Shown here piece after piece: positions 37,039-51,067 of a stretch of DNA of 64,000 bases. Location of the stretch: contig LSRY02000028.1 of assembly GCA_001643675.2 (NCBI GenBank), positions 248,001 through 312,000 of the forward strand, in the 5' to 3' direction. Position 1 is the first letter of the stretch, and every line of letters begins with the position of its first letter. Both the position numbers and the translations under genes were made by a program. The notes below the pieces were generated by a model that saw only the letters and a program-made list of their open reading frames with translations, did no database searches and had not been told where the DNA came from. Source of the DNA: Monocercomonoides exilis PA203. Taxonomy: Eukaryota > Protista > Preaxostyla.

Positions 37039-38889
37039 ATGATAGAACCAAATTCGTACGATGCCCAGCTATTTTTTTTTCAAGAATTAATATTTGATCC
37101 ATTCTACTTTTCAATAGGATTATTGTGAAAGTTCCTGGAAAGATATTGATGAGCGGAGGATATTTAATTTTGAATGGAGATTCGCAAGGTTGTTGATTTT
37201 TTTCTTGAAGTAGTCTATGAGGAAAAACAATTACATATGCAGGGATTGTTGTTGCAACTCAAAATGCTCATTTTTACTGCGAACTGAAAGATGATGAAAT
37301 AATTGCTGAATTACAAAAAACAGAAGAAGAAATCCATATTGGGAAGCTAACTTTATCATCCCCTATGCTCATAAAGGAAAGTGAACATTACAACATCTGG
37401 AGATGTGAAACAACCAAAAATCTTCATTTCGAAAGATTGAATATTGAGATTAACCCTCTAATGGATTATTTTAGAAATACTTCGTTCGCATTGTTAAGAT
37501 ACTTGTTTGAAGGAAGCGGAACTTTATGCAATTTTATTCCATTTTCAATACATTTAACCGTATGGGCCGATGACTCATTTTATGCCAGTCCTTGCTTGAT
37601 TTTATCGAACGAAGAATCTTGGAGTTGTTCAATTCGAAAGCATGTGTTACCACAAGATTATGGAATTAATGCGAAATGTGAGATAAATACATCGAATGAA
37701 ATTTCTTGCAGTTCCAATATCGGAAAGACAGGACTTGGAAGCAGCGCTTGCTTGGTAACTTCTGTGTGCGGTGCTCTTCTGCACTATTTCCTGGGGAAAA
37801 AGATGAAAAAGGATTCTATAAGCGAGCTCAAAACGGATTTATGCTGCCCTTCTGTTTTTAAAACGCAATTGTTTTGCGCTTCACATTTGATACATTCTTT
37901 GCTTCAAGGAAAATTTGGAAGTGGTTTTGATGTTATGTGTTGTTGTTATGGTTCTCATTTGTTTCAACAGCCAAATGCTTTACAATGCAAACCAGAGTTA
38001 ATGGGAAGAGAAGAATTTTCAGGAGATTTTTTGAGAGCTAGGGTTGAAGATATGATGAAAATTTGGAATTTGCCGCCTTCAAAACTTCCCTTTAATGCAT
38101 CTGTGCCTCTTTTTGTTAGCCTTTGTGAAGTTGGAAGTGGATCGTCAACAGTTTCTCTATCTTCACATCTTAAAAAATGGAAGACAGAACATTTAGAGGA
38201 ATATGATCAGCTATTTAAAAAATTAAGTGAAATCAACAAAGAATTGATTGAACACTTAAGGGATTTCAAAGTTGAGGAAAGCAAAAGTGAAGATGACGAA
38301 AGTAATACATCTAAATGTGATGATATAAGCAGTCAAATGTCTTCTTCATTTTCTTTCCATTCTCATTCTGCACAAGAGAATTTCTTAATCGTTCTTTCAA
38401 GTTTATTTGAAAAATATAGAAAACAACTTCTTACCATCAGTACAAAAAGTGGGGTTCCTATTTGTCCGTTGTTAATTGATGAGGTTGCAGATGTCCTAAA
38501 ATTAGACGAAGATGGTGTAGTTGCCGTTGGAGTTCCAGGAGGTGTGACTTTTGAATATTCAGAATTGTATTTATTTTTTGAGATTATTATTATTATAATT
38601 TAACTTTATGAATATTCTATATGATTATTATGCATCAAAAAAATTCGATTCCTCAACTGCAGCTGGAGGGGAAGATGCATTCTTCATCTTGCTTTCGCGA
38701 ATAAATTCACTGGAAAGTGTAGCAAAGAAAATAAATTCTATCTGCAGTAAATACAAACGAAACATTGTTCTGCATCAACCATTTCAGATAAATACTGCAC
38801 AAGAATTTTCAAATCAAATTGTTACAGATGGATTTTCAGTCCAAATTTTAAAAGGCAAACTTTTATCAATTCAAAAGCATGGAATATGA
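37039..38889 (+). CDS. ERG8: Phosphomevalonate kinase, ERG8/GHMP type; multi-exon
   Basis: VKVPGKILMSGGYLIL, KTGLGSSA, GKFGSGFDV and GVPG|AGGEDA after splicing. Confidence 0.88.
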
Positions 38890-39151
38890 AACGAACATTT
38901 TAAAATTAGATGTTCTATGCGAAAGAAAAATAGGAAAAAAAAATATTGAAAACATGATACCCTCTTATTTTTGTATTATTTGTCAAAAGAGAATAAATCA
39001 CAAAAAATGAAATGAAAATTCAATTAAAAGAATTAAAAATACAAAATAACAAAACGCTAAATAAGAACAATTAAAATGCAACAGAAAGAGCATTTGACGT
39101 GAAGAAGTTCAATATTAGTGATTGCAAAGCAAATATAATTTCCAATTTCCT

Positions 39152-39540
39152 CTAATTGTGCTTTTTTGCAAAATCCGCTGCTTTTGAAAATGAATCTACA
39201 ATCTTTTCAAGTTTTGATTTCGAGACTCTGATGTATTCAGTTTCAAAATTCTATAGAACATATATAAAACATTAAAACGTAACAAAACATTGCAAACTTC
39301 TGTGCCATTATCATCAACAGTGCTGAAAACAGCTTCTAAAACGGCGTGTGGTGCAGAAACTTCGTCGTCATCTTCCTCTTCTCCGACCTTGACAGGAACA
39401 TCAATTCTCCAATTTAATCCACATAATTTCTTTCCCCATCTGACTTTCGTTTCATCTGCAGTTGCACCTTGGCCGCTAATTTCCATTTCCTCATCATCTT
39501 CTTCGTTGATTGTTTCAGTTTGATCTCGTTCTTGTTCCAT
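39152..39540 (-). CDS. Small COMM-domain-like protein; 2 exons
   Basis: KLCGLNWRIDVPV..APHAVLE resembles the COMM domain. Second exon ends at TAG 39152-39154. Confidence 0.5.
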
Positions 39541-39587
39541 TTAATTGACGAAAAAATTACTGATCAAAGACAGTCAAATAAAAAGGT

Positions 39588-40714
39588 ATGGGGAAGATGT
39601 TATTAGGCCGCAAGCTATCTGCTGTTCCTGCCTTGATACACGAGGTATGTCGTGCTAGACTAATGTAAAAATATCGAGGAATTTGATTATTATTATTATT
39701 AGGTGCTTGTGGCACCTCCAGCGCCAACTGATGAAATTACTCGTATTCTTGTTGCATCTCAGACGTATGCAATTGTTTCTTCAAGAACTTACTCAATTTC
39801 GATGAATTTTTCTATTAAGATTTTATCATGACTTAGTTTATGATCGTGCTCTTGCTTGTCTTGAAGATGCCCTGGATAAATGGACTTCTTTATGGTTTGG
39901 AGGATTTTTTAGTTATTTATTTGACTTTATGTTGATTGCGTAATGCTGTAATCATGATTTACATCCCCGAACACAGTAAGAATGGAGAACCCCCAATTGA
40001 AGTTTCGTTGTATTTTCATTGTGCCTGTGGTGAAATTGAAGAAAGCATTGGAAAAGATGACGAAGCACTGGCAATTTTTAAAGTGTGAATTTTAAGCAAT
40101 TACCATCAAATCAAATTTGCGTTTTTAATGATATCAGGCCGCTCAATGCATTTCTGCGTGGCTTCCTGAAGATCATGTGGACATTGCCATTCCTCATTCT
40201 CACATGGGAAGATTGTACTATCATGCTCAGCGAGTATGATTTAATCATTGTTAAAAACTTATTTTTTTTCTTTCATTTATTTGAATGAAGTATGACGAAG
40301 CGCTGACGGAATTTCGACGTGCAAAGCAGATTCGAGAAGAGGTATGAAATATGAGAAATTATCATCTCCACTTAAAATTTATAATTTATAAAAACAATTT
40401 TTCAAAAGATATTAGGAACAGATCATCTCGACACATGTACACTCTATAATAATATAGGTGCAATTCTTCTCATTCAAGAACAACTTAAACCTTGCGTCGA
40501 ATTATTTGCGAAGGCACTTGAAGTTTTTCAAAAAGAACTAGGAATGGAACATCCAAGAACAACCATTGTAAGAAGGAATTTGAGCATTGCACATTCAGAA
40601 CTTTTAACAATACCAAGAACATTACCTACACTCCCACCACCACCACCAAAACCAGTGATTGAGAAGCCATCAGGAAAGAAGAAGAAGAAGAAGAAAGGAA
40701 AAAAGAAGAAATGA
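39588..40714 (+). CDS. TPR-repeat protein (kinesin-light-chain-type TPRs) with Pro-rich and Lys-rich tail; many short exons
   Basis: Last exon LGTDHLDTCTLYNNIGAI..ALEVFQKELGMEHPRT, then PPPPP and KKKKK, ending at TGA 40712-40714. Confidence 0.7.
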
Positions 40715-40922
40715 ATTAAAAATGTGTCAATAAACTTTTCATCGTTTTTATTTCTTTTTTAAAAATGATGTACCGTTTCAAATAGCTTTTAATTTGATTG
40801 TTTATCTCTTGAAAATAAATAATTCGCATGAAAAAAATTTTTTTACCCATCGTTTTTTTTTTCTGATTGATCTTTAAAAAAAATAATCCCTTTAACGTCC
40901 AAATAGTTTAGAAAACTAAAAA

Positions 40923-41762
40923 ATGTTTTTCTTCTTTATTGCGTCAGTGTTTGCGGAATCTATCGTTGAGCAAGTCAACAACGATCCAACATCAACATGG
41001 GTTGCTGTCGAGTACCATCCTTCAATTATTAACCATGCAAGATTCATTGCTCGCCTTGGCCACACCATGTCCCAAATTCCAGCTGAGGAATACATCTATC
41101 GAAATGATGTTCCCGAATCATTTGATTCTCGCGATCAATGGCCCGGAAAAATATTGCCGGTGAGAAACCAACAACAATGCGGTTCATGCTGGGCATTTGC
41201 CATCGCTGAGTGCGTTGGAGACCGTTTGGAGGTTGCGGGAAAAGGGCAGGGAGACATGTCTCCACAAGATTTGGTTTCGTGCGACAAAACAGACCAAGCA
41301 TGCAACGGAGGAGAATTTGATCCTGCATGGACTTGGACCCGCGACAATGGTATAACAACTGACCAATGCTTACCATATGTTTCTGGTTCTGGACGTGTTC
41401 CTCAGTGCCCAACAAAATGCCAAAATGGCTCTGAAATTATTAGAACAAAAGTGAACTCTTACAAGCATTTGACCTCAAACGAAATTCAGGAAGAAATCAT
41501 TGCACACGGACCAGTATCTGCTGGTTTCACAGTGTACATGGACTTCCAGTTTTATAGAAGTGGCGTTTACAAGCACAAAGTCCCCATCAAGGCAGGAGGT
41601 CATGCTATTTTGATTATTGGCTGGGGTGTTGAGAAGAACACACCATATTGGCTTTGCCAAAACTCATGGGGCAACACTTGGGGAGAGAAAGGACATTTCA
41701 AGATCCTTCGTGGTAAAAACGAATGTGGCATTGAGCAGGATGTGTATACTGGAATGGTCTAA
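40923..41762 (+). CDS. Cathepsin B-like cysteine protease (papain C1A), intronless, no occluding loop
   Basis: QCGSCWAF, GGHAILIIGWG, NSWG motifs; short signal and pro-region. Confidence 0.95.
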   Translation: MFFFFIASVFAESIVEQVNNDPTSTWVAVEYHPSIINHARFIARLGHTMSQIPAEEYIYRNDVPESFDSRDQWPGKILPVRNQQQCGSCWAFAIAECVGDRLEVAGKGQGDMSPQDLVSCDKTDQACNGGEFDPAWTWTRDNGITTDQCLPYVSGSGRVPQCPTKCQNGSEIIRTKVNSYKHLTSNEIQEEIIAHGPVSAGFTVYMDFQFYRSGVYKHKVPIKAGGHAILIIGWGVEKNTPYWLCQNSWGNTWGEKGHFKILRGKNECGIEQDVYTGMV

Positions 41763-42112
41763 GCTTAATGGGCTTGGATGAGTTCTTTTATCCAATAAAC
41801 TGTATGATATATTTTCAATTTTTTTTTTCATTGCAAATTACGAATATAGACTTTAATTTTAATAATGATTTGTTTTTGTTCACGAAAAAAGTTTAATTGT
41901 ATGTTAAATACAATCGGAGAGATTTTTTGTAATTGTGTTCTTTATTTAAACAATTGACATGTTATTATGGAAAGTTAAAATCATTTAAAACATAAATTTT
42001 TATATATGATATTTGAAATCTTCATTGATTCCAATGATAGTATTTCAACTCACAAAATGAAAAATGATGATCTTTAACCACCCTTTGAATATTTTCATAT
42101 TGAATTGGCTTA

Positions 42113-43397
42113 ATGTTTACAAATAAGTTTGACCTGCATTAAATTGCACTAATATTCATTTTAATTTATTTTTTGTTACAATTTTTGACGGAAAGGAGCG
42201 ATTATGATAGAGGAGTTAACACTTTTTCACCTGAAGGAAGAATTTTTCAAGTTGAATATGCTATGGAGGCTGTAAAGGTAATTATCACTTATTTTTATGT
42301 GCGCACTATTAAGATTATTTTATTGAAAACAGTTGGGGACGACTGCAGTTGGGATTCAACTAGAAGAAGGGACTATTCTCGCAGCTGAAAAGCGTATTTC
42401 CTCAAGGCTGCTTATTCCATCATCATTGGATAAAATCATGGTATTTTAATGTGCTTTTACAAAATTTATAATTTTGTATTGTTTTAAACATGTCAATCGT
42501 AATTGGATTCTGGATTTTTTCTCCGAATAGAAAGTTGATGACCACATCGGAGCTGCAATTGCTGGGCTGATTTCAGATGGTAAGAAGTTGATCGATCAAG
42601 CAAGAGAAGATACAAATGTTTGAAATAAAAATAGACACTTTCATTGATTTCATTTGTTATTTTTTCAACTTTCACATTTTCAGCATCATAGATTTATGTA
42701 CGATGAACCAATGTCCATTGAAACATGTGCTCAAAGCATATGCGATATTTCATTAAAATTTGGAGAAGGAAAAAATAAAGTGATGGTTTGAATTACAACT
42801 GCAGTCTCTTTCGCTATTCAATAAACGCTCATCCATTTCACTCTTTTTTTAAGTCTCGACCATATGGCGTTGCTTTGCTTCTTGCCGGATGTGATAGAGA
42901 ACTAATCCCTGGAACAGATACTTACAGATACATTCCGCGATTGTTTGCCTCTTTTCTTATTTCTTTCTGATAATGCGTTTTTCTGTCATATTGTTTCAGA
43001 TTCCACACTGATCCATCAGGAACTTTCATGTCAGTCGAATGCAAAGCAATTGGCTCTGCTGCTGAAGGTGCTCAAACAAAACTGTCTGATGAATATTATA
43101 AGGTTTGTTTTTCTTTTTTTTCGAACGTACTAATGATGGAAATGAATTTTTTTAATATAAAATATTATGAATTGTTTTCATCTTCATTGTTCATTCTAAT
43201 ATTCTCAGTCTATGCCACTTGAAAAGGGAGAATTGTTGTGCATCCAAACATTGAAACAAGTGATGGAAGACAAAATTGACGAATCAAATGTGGAAATGGC
43301 AATTGTTTCGGCTAAAACTGGAAAGTTCACGAGCTACACAACAGAACAAGTCAGAGCCTTAATACAAAAGGCACAAGCTGAAGAATCAGATGATTGA
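42113..43397 (+). CDS. PSMA5: 20S proteasome subunit alpha type 5; multi-exon
   Basis: [47 protein letters not shown]. Confidence 0.92.
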
Positions 43398-43638
43398 AGA
43401 ATGATTTTAATTATTTATTTTCTTTTAATGGAAAAATTTAATAATTCATAATATCTACAAAAAATGTTTAATAATCAAATTAAGTTTTAGCAAATAAAAT
43501 ATTGCAGATATACTCAAAGCTTTTATAAATATATTATACATGGATATTAGTAATTTATGATAATAATAAATTGCAATTATTAACGATAGTCATTTTCAAT
43601 GAAGATCATGCGTCAACCATAAAAAATCAACTAGAACA

Positions 43639-45070
43639 ATGTCAGGTTTTTAACTTTGTTTTCACAATGTGACTGAATGATATTTTTGTCGGATGCACTT
43701 TTTAGGAATATATGATCACTATATAACAATCTTCTCTCCCGAAGGAAAGTTGTTTCAAGTCGGTTTGATTATTCATTTAAAGCTCAACAAAAGAAATATT
43801 TAACTGCATATATTAAAATATTATCTTCAACATTCTTATATATCCTGTGGTAAATAATCAAGAATATGCGCACAAGGCTATTAAATCAGAAAATCTGACG
43901 ACACTTGCGATCAGGGGCAAAGATTGCATAATTGCAGTTTCGGAGAAAAAAGTACCAGTATGATTGGCATAATTTCGTCTTTTTTAATTCACAATAACAT
44001 GTTGATAAATTTGTGATACAGGAAAAGTTGGTCGATCCAGATACAGTTCGTCACATCTATAATGTTACTCCACACATTGGTGCTCTCTTCACTGGGATGC
44101 AAGGTTAACGAAATTATTTATGTAGATTTTATTTTTTTAAATTTGTTGTATTCCAGCTGATTCGCGAATGTTGCTTTTCAAAGCACGGCAAAAGGCTGCA
44201 AAATTTCAGTTTAAAAATGGAATTGAAATACCTGTGGATTATTTGGCAAAACTTATGGCTGGAGAAACTCAATTCTTCACTCAACATGCATATGGAAGAG
44301 CTTTTGGATGCAGGTATGTTTTTCTTTTAAAGACTGGAATAATTTAAGTTATGGATTTCTTTTCATGTTATTTTCAGCATTACCTTCTTTGGAATTGATG
44401 ATGAAGCTGGTCCACTCATTTACAAAGTAGAGCCTTCTGGGCATTTTGCAGGATATTATGTTTGTTGCAGATATTTTGATTTTTTTGTTTAATGCTTTTA
44501 TAAAAACATTAACACTTGCATTTTTGTTAAATTAAATTCTTCTACAGGCCACTTCATCTGGTGTGAAAGAGCTGGAAACAACAAATTTCTTGGAAAAGAA
44601 ACTGAAGCTTCCTGATCGTAGCTCAAAACTAACAAAGAAAGAATTAATCAGGGTTTATTTATTTATCTTTCTTTCTTTCTTATTATTATTAAAAATTTGA
44701 TTTTTGCAACTATCACTTCATTTTTTTTTTAATTGTAAATTAACCTAAAACTTAAATGTTTCAGCTTGCGCTGTCTGCTATGCAAGGGTCCATAAATAGA
44801 GAATTACAGGGAACTGATCTGGAAATTGCAATTGCTGAACGACCAACGGAAATGAAAGGATCTTCATCGGCTTCTGCTTCATCATCATCCATGTCTTCTT
44901 CATCTGCTTCTTCATCTGGAGCACTTTCAACAGAAACAGGCTTTGGAATAATTAAATATTTGACAGCAGATGAAATAGACGCAGAATTGACAGAGATGGT
45001 GGAAAGCGGAGGACTTGTGGAATATTTGCAAAGCAGAGCCGAAATGGATAGAGAAGAAGGGTCATCTTAA
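43639..45070 (+). CDS. PSMA6: 20S proteasome subunit alpha type 6 (alpha1); multi-exon
   Basis: YDHYITIFSPEGKLFQV|EYAHKAI..LTTLAIRGKDC, TQHAYGRAFG, GVKELETTNFLEKK. Confidence 0.88.
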
Positions 45071-45294
45071 ATTTGAAAAGTGTCCATACCTCATTTCATT
45101 TCTTTGCATATTCCATAATTTTTCACTTTTTTAATTTTTCGTTCAACGAAAAAATAGATTTTTCAACAAATTATATGAAATTTTTAATTTATTATTCAGG
45201 ATTTTTCTTTGATATATATATAAAAAGCGAAGAACATATTATTAAACTTGATTGAACTGAACAGTAGTTTGAAAAGACCCATAAAGCGAAATAT

Positions 45295-45899
45295 ATGGAA
45301 GACGACGAAAGGCCTACAGACAAGCCGGAGGGAGATGACAGCGGAGACACCACTGATGAGTACAGAAAATTAATGAATTATCCACTTATAAAAGCTTGTT
45401 ATTTCTTGTTAATTCTCTGAATAATTTTTCTATTTTTCTTGCTTTTTGTTAATTTGATTGCTATAACAATGTAAAACGTAATTTTTATAACGTCATTTAT
45501 TATTACATACTGATGATGCATTATTCCTCTCTTGTCACAATCATATTGTCAGTATTGCGACATGAATGAAGAAATGCGTGTTGAAACTCTTGAAGTTGTT
45601 GTTACAGCGCTTGAAAAATGCCCGAATCATTATGAAAACGCTGCAAAGCTTATTAAAGATACAATGAGTCGTAAGTTTGGAGATGGATGGAACGCTATTG
45701 TAGGAGAGGGTTTTGGTTTTGAAATTTCCTCACACGTCAAACATCTTCTATTTCTGTTTTATGGTGGATATCTTGCTGTGTTACTATTTAAAGGTATGGC
45801 TCTCTGCTATTTTTTTAACCTTCTTTAAATTATTTTCTTTTCTTATTCCTTTTTGAAATACAAATAATTTTTCACACTTGAAATTTTTTAGCATCATAA
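45295..45899 (+). CDS. DNAL4: Dynein light chain, LC8 family (DNAL4-like); 3 exons
   Basis: YPLIK|YCDMNEEMRVETLEVVVTALEK..AAKLIKDTM..WNAIVGEGFGFEI. Confidence 0.82.
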
Positions 45900-46166
45900 A
45901 CTATATGTCATGCAATTACTTTTTTTTTTTAATTATTAATACGATGCGCAAACCTTTGCAAAATGTTATTAAATAATATTAATAATTTTTTGTATTATTT
46001 CACAGCAGTTTTTTTTTTATTATTTCTCCAATGCCTAATTTTCAATCAATACTAATTTTTATAAACCAAAAATTGGTAAACATATAAAGAAAGATTAGTA
46101 TGTTCTCCAATGACAAGTTTACAAATACAAGAAATCTTTTTTTTAGATCTTAACCAATACAAAATC

Positions 46167-48794
46167 ATGAATATATGCGAAAACAAAAAAACATCTTCAG
46201 GGCTTTTAGGCGCATATAATTGGATTCATAGCATTTGCTCGGTTTATTTCGATTTGGATATTGGACAAAAGATAGAATGGAGCTTTGGAAAAAGTTTGTC
46301 CAAAGAACAAAGAGGAAAAGTGTATGGTTTTTGTTGATGAAGAAAGTTTACGTTTTAATGTTATTTCTTTTTTAAAAAATAAAGCGCAACATATTCAATA
46401 CCTGATACATCAACGGTCAGATTGAGAGATTCTATTCATTTTTTTACAATTAAAAAAGTGACTAAATATAAGAATTACAATTCAAATATCTTGTATTGCA
46501 TCTCCCATTTTCGACAAGAACCTGATTGCAGCATACGTAGAGGATTTTACCAAAAGGCACTTGTGCTTATATCCCATCTTCCCTTATTGGCGTGCTGGAA
46601 TGATATCATGCATATTGCTGGTCCGCTCTTTCATGATGAGAGGAAAAACATTGGAGAACAAATATTTCAAGAAATTGCAAAATGGCCAATACCTTATTGT
46701 GGGCGCTCATACAGATTAAAATTTATTAACGAAAGTATTGAAGTAGTTATTCCCACTCGAGAATCTATTCCATCTGTTTATTATGGTCAAACTTTTCCTC
46801 TTCATTCAGACCGATTCAAGCCTAATTATTTCGAGAGCTTCATGAAAAATTCTCGGTCGAGGCCACTGTCTATTGATCTTTCTTCAACCACTTCGAGATC
46901 GTCTTCTCCAGTTCCGTTGAGCTCGAGACTTAGCCTTTCGCGCTTTAGTTTAGCGCAGATTGGTGAGAGACTTTCACAAAGTTTTTCGTTTGTAAGAGTA
47001 AAGCAAAGTAAACAAAGCAATATGACTCAAAATGATCAACAATACTCAACTATTCCAGAATCTATACCGATTTCACTTTCAAAGACTGCACGAAGCACTG
47101 AGTCAACAGCATCAGCAGCAATCAGCTTCCCGAGTTTTTTCCCTTCTCAGCCGATGCCTTCCGTGTTTGCAGTCCACCAGCGAGATATGCTTACACATAT
47201 AAACCCTTCTTTTTTGTATCCGTCATTCAGTGATCTGCTCGTGAACAACGCGCCTTCTGCCTCGCTGGATGTGTTCTCCACACTCTTTCCATTCGTCTCG
47301 CACCTGCGCTTTCTGTGGCAGCTGCTGATTTGCGGGAAGCCGCTCTGTGTCTTTGCCTCGTCGCCGTCTTTGGCCTCGCGTTGTGTTGTGGGTCTTTTGT
47401 CTCTCATTGCGCCTCTGACATATGCAAGTGAATGGGCTCCGTTCTGGGCACTGACATCAATAGAAGATGGTGATAGTGACAGTGACGATAGCATTGATTG
47501 TTGCAGTGAAAACGAGCGTTCATATTCAGATGGATGTGATGCAGAGGCATTGAATGAAGACAGACATGAATGTGGCTGTGAATGTGAGAGAACAGTAGAA
47601 CATTTGGAAGATTGTGGAAAGAAACAAGAAATGAGAAGTTGTGATGAAAAAGAAAAACACAAAAAAGATAGAGAAAAAGATGAAAGGTATCACAAACATA
47701 GGCCTCATCACAGAGCTAATGAAGCTACTGTCTTTCCCAATCTTCTTGGAGTAACATCTCCTCTTGTGCTATCTTTATTGAACAAAAAGCCGATGAACCA
47801 TAGTCCATCTGCAGTATCATTCTCTTCTTCTTCTTCTTCTTCAGCAGACTCAACTTCAAAGGAAGACAACTATTCATTTGTGTTTGTGGGAGATTGGAGG
47901 AACAACATTCCATCGCAGGAGCACATTCAAATCAGAGAGCCACCTTATTTGATTGCAACAAGCACCAAAAATGAGAGAGAATCGGAGCCTTCTGCTCAAC
48001 AAGAACCAGAAGAATCATCGTTTAATGCAGAAGAACCAACAAAAGAAGACAATCTGTTTCCAATTGCCACACTCTCGTCTTTTCTGAAGAAGCAGCTTTT
48101 CTCTTCAGAAAAGCAACAAAACGACACTTCAAGCGAAGAAGACAGGGAAAAAGACGATGCGCTGCACATTGGTGTGCTGCAGAATGAGCAAACTTCTTCT
48201 TCATTCACGTTTTCTTCTGCCTCGTCGTCTGCACGGGCATCGTCGCCTTCCTCTCCTGTTGACGAATTTTCTCTGATCCAAGTCAACAAAGACGAACTGG
48301 CTCCGATTCGCTCCGAGTCGCCGTCTCTTTTCATCCTTCCTTCTTCCTTTGCTACTCGCACACCCAATCCTTCTCTCTCTCTTTCCTCTGCCCAACCAGC
48401 TTCTGACCCCCACACACCTCAGCATCGCTCCTCTCCTGCCCCTTCGCTTTATTTCATGTCATCCCCTCTCACAAGCTGGCTGTTCCCTCTTTCTTCCTCA
48501 TCGCTTTTGTCGTATCACAACCTCACTTCATCTACACTTCCTCCGCTCCACCTGATCATCGAGTCTACGCCCTGGAAGCAGCTCTCGTCCTTTTCTGCTG
48601 CTGTCCTGTCGGCCTCTTCTTCTCTTGCAGAAGATTCACCTTCATCTGCGTTCTCTCTGACTGCCACACCAGCCATTCCGACTTCTCTTCCTGTTGTTTC
48701 TTCCATTCTGTCATCTTCTGCTCCTTTGTTTGCATCGCCTGTGTCATCTGCATTTTCTTCCTCCTCTTCCTCCTCCTCTTCCTCCTCCTCTTCC

Positions 48795-48826
<32 letters not shown>

Positions 48827-50558
48827 TTCTTCTCCTTCACCTTCACCCTTTTCACTTCACCAGTCCGGGTTTCCCTGGAAGCAAGGGATCGTCTCAACAC
48901 AGGCGCGGCTGCTTCCCGAAGACGACCAGCTGGCCGAGCGCATCCGCAGCAGAATGAAAGCGCTCAGCAAACAGCTCCACACCCGCTCGGCTGAAGAAGA
49001 CCCGCACTCAGCTGAGCTGGCGGTGAAGGCGGTGATACAGGAGTTCTCGTCGGACATCAGAAACACATTCAGAAGACTGACAGAGGCGTTCTTGCTTCCG
49101 TTTGAGGCGTTTTTTTGCAGTTTTTTGCCAACACGAAAGTGCGACACACAAAGATATGCAGAAGCGATTCGAAGAAAGAAGGAGAAAAGAGAGAGAAAGA
49201 GAAGATTAAGCGAAGACGAAAGAAACTTGGATTCTTCGTTTTCGAAGGGATTCACTCAAAATCAAGCAGAACACGAAGACAATAAGTTTGCTGTACGAAG
49301 CGGTGGGAAATTTGACAGAGTCGGCCGTTCATTCACACCACAGCCAATGACACAAAAGATGAAGAACAGCCAAAGGGAAAGTGACTTCGCAAAAGAGAAA
49401 AATAGAACCAGACAGCTGGCAGGTGAAAAGCGAGCTATTTCTGCTGATGAAATCAGCAGTGAAGATAACGATGATGAAGAGGATTACAATGATGATGATG
49501 ATGATGATGTATTTGAAGGTGATCAAGACGATACATACATCGAGAAGCCATTTGCTTCGTGTGATCCGTTTCCTTCCTTTCCAGAAGAGCAGTTTCTCCA
49601 ATTTGTGGAAGAGTTCCATTCACAGATTGAAGTCCCACACGATTCTGCCAAGTCTCTGGTGAAGTTGTATTCGCAGTTCATTCGCAGCGACACTGGCGTG
49701 CTTTACCTGCAGCGGCGGGCAAAGCTGAGAGAGTGCGAAGTGCAGGCGATGATGGAGCAGTCGCGCATCCGATATGCAGTGGAACAGAAGATAAAAGAGT
49801 CCAAACTGAAAGCCAAGCAAAGAAAAGTGGCACATCCTGTGAAACGAGCAGAGACCCCGCTCAGAAACAGCACGTGCTCTCCTTCTCCTCTGCGCGCCTC
49901 GCCAGCGTCTTCAGTTTTTTCGTCGACGTCCTCTTCACACGGCTCAGCCGAGTCGCGCCGGCAGAACGAGGCAATGGATGTGTACTTCCCAGTCAAGCAG
50001 AGAGTTCAGTACGAGCGTGCGAAATGCGCTTTGGACGAGCAATTTCGAGAAGAGGTCATGAGCCGCTTGCTGGATGAAGACGCAAAGACGGAATTGGAAT
50101 CGCCGAAGGGTTCTAAACAGCTGCGATCAACAGAACTTGACAATTTTGATAAGTCAAAAAACTCGAAACTTGAAAGCACTTCTGCGAAAAGAGACACAGA
50201 TTGCCAGCATCGACTCTTTCAGCCGAGCTGTGTTGATGAAGATTGCCCGTTTTTCCCTTTTGCCCTTCTCCCTTTCTCTTCTGACCGTCAGACGCTGTCT
50301 TATTTCGCTTCTGCGCAGGCTGTTCCAAATCTCTCTTGTTTGAAGCCGTATCTTTCCTATTACAAGAACACCTCTTTCTCAGCCTCATTCAGTTGTCCTG
50401 AGACAACGCTTGCAGAATGGAAGACGCAGAAGGAAAAGCTGCTGTTCTTTGAGGAGCTGGAGAAAGACGTCATCTCCAAATTACCGGCAGAAGTTCAGGA
50501 GATTGTAAACTTAGCTTCTGACTCTAAAAATGAGAGTTCACAAAATAATGAAAAATGA
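46167..50558 (+). CDS. DENND6: DENND6 (FAM116)-like Rab GEF with long Ser-rich insertions
   Basis: WIHSICSVYFDLDIGQKIE, FRQEPDCSIRRGFYQKALVLIS, LWQLLICGKPLCVFASSPS, LLGVTSP, FRRLTEAFLLPFE. Start codon uncertain. Confidence 0.8.
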
Positions 50559-51067
50559 TTTTTGTGTTTTCTTTTCTTTTTTTCGCATGTAATTTGTATA
50601 TTCATGAAGATGCATCGCTTCTTTGGCTCAAAGGTTATGTTGGTTTTTTGATCCAATTTGTTAAGTCGTGCCCCACTTGTTATTCTTGCCCATATAACAA
50701 AAAATTTTATTTTTTCAAAATTTGCTCATTTTATGATGTTGTATGATCATTCAAATTGGTATCCTTTGTTATTCGCTTTTTATTTACAATATTATTTGCT
50801 AAAATCGATTGAATATTGCTTATTAATTATTATTTGCTGATTTATTAACAAAAAAAGTTTGCAATGAAACTTATTTTCTGTTATTTCGGAAACTTAAACA
50901 AAAACTATTTATTGTTATTACTTGAGGGAATCAGGAAAAGAAATTTAATTGTGCAATCTGGGACTGAAGTCATTTGTTTTCGTTCAGATATAAATTTGAA
51001 ACATTTTTCTTTTCAAAAAATTTAATTTATTACTGATCAAAAGAAACAATACGATTATTAAATTATA

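Noticed and set aside
46826-50388. Numerous overlapping ORFs within DENND6
   Set aside because: Shadow frames of a long low-complexity exon.
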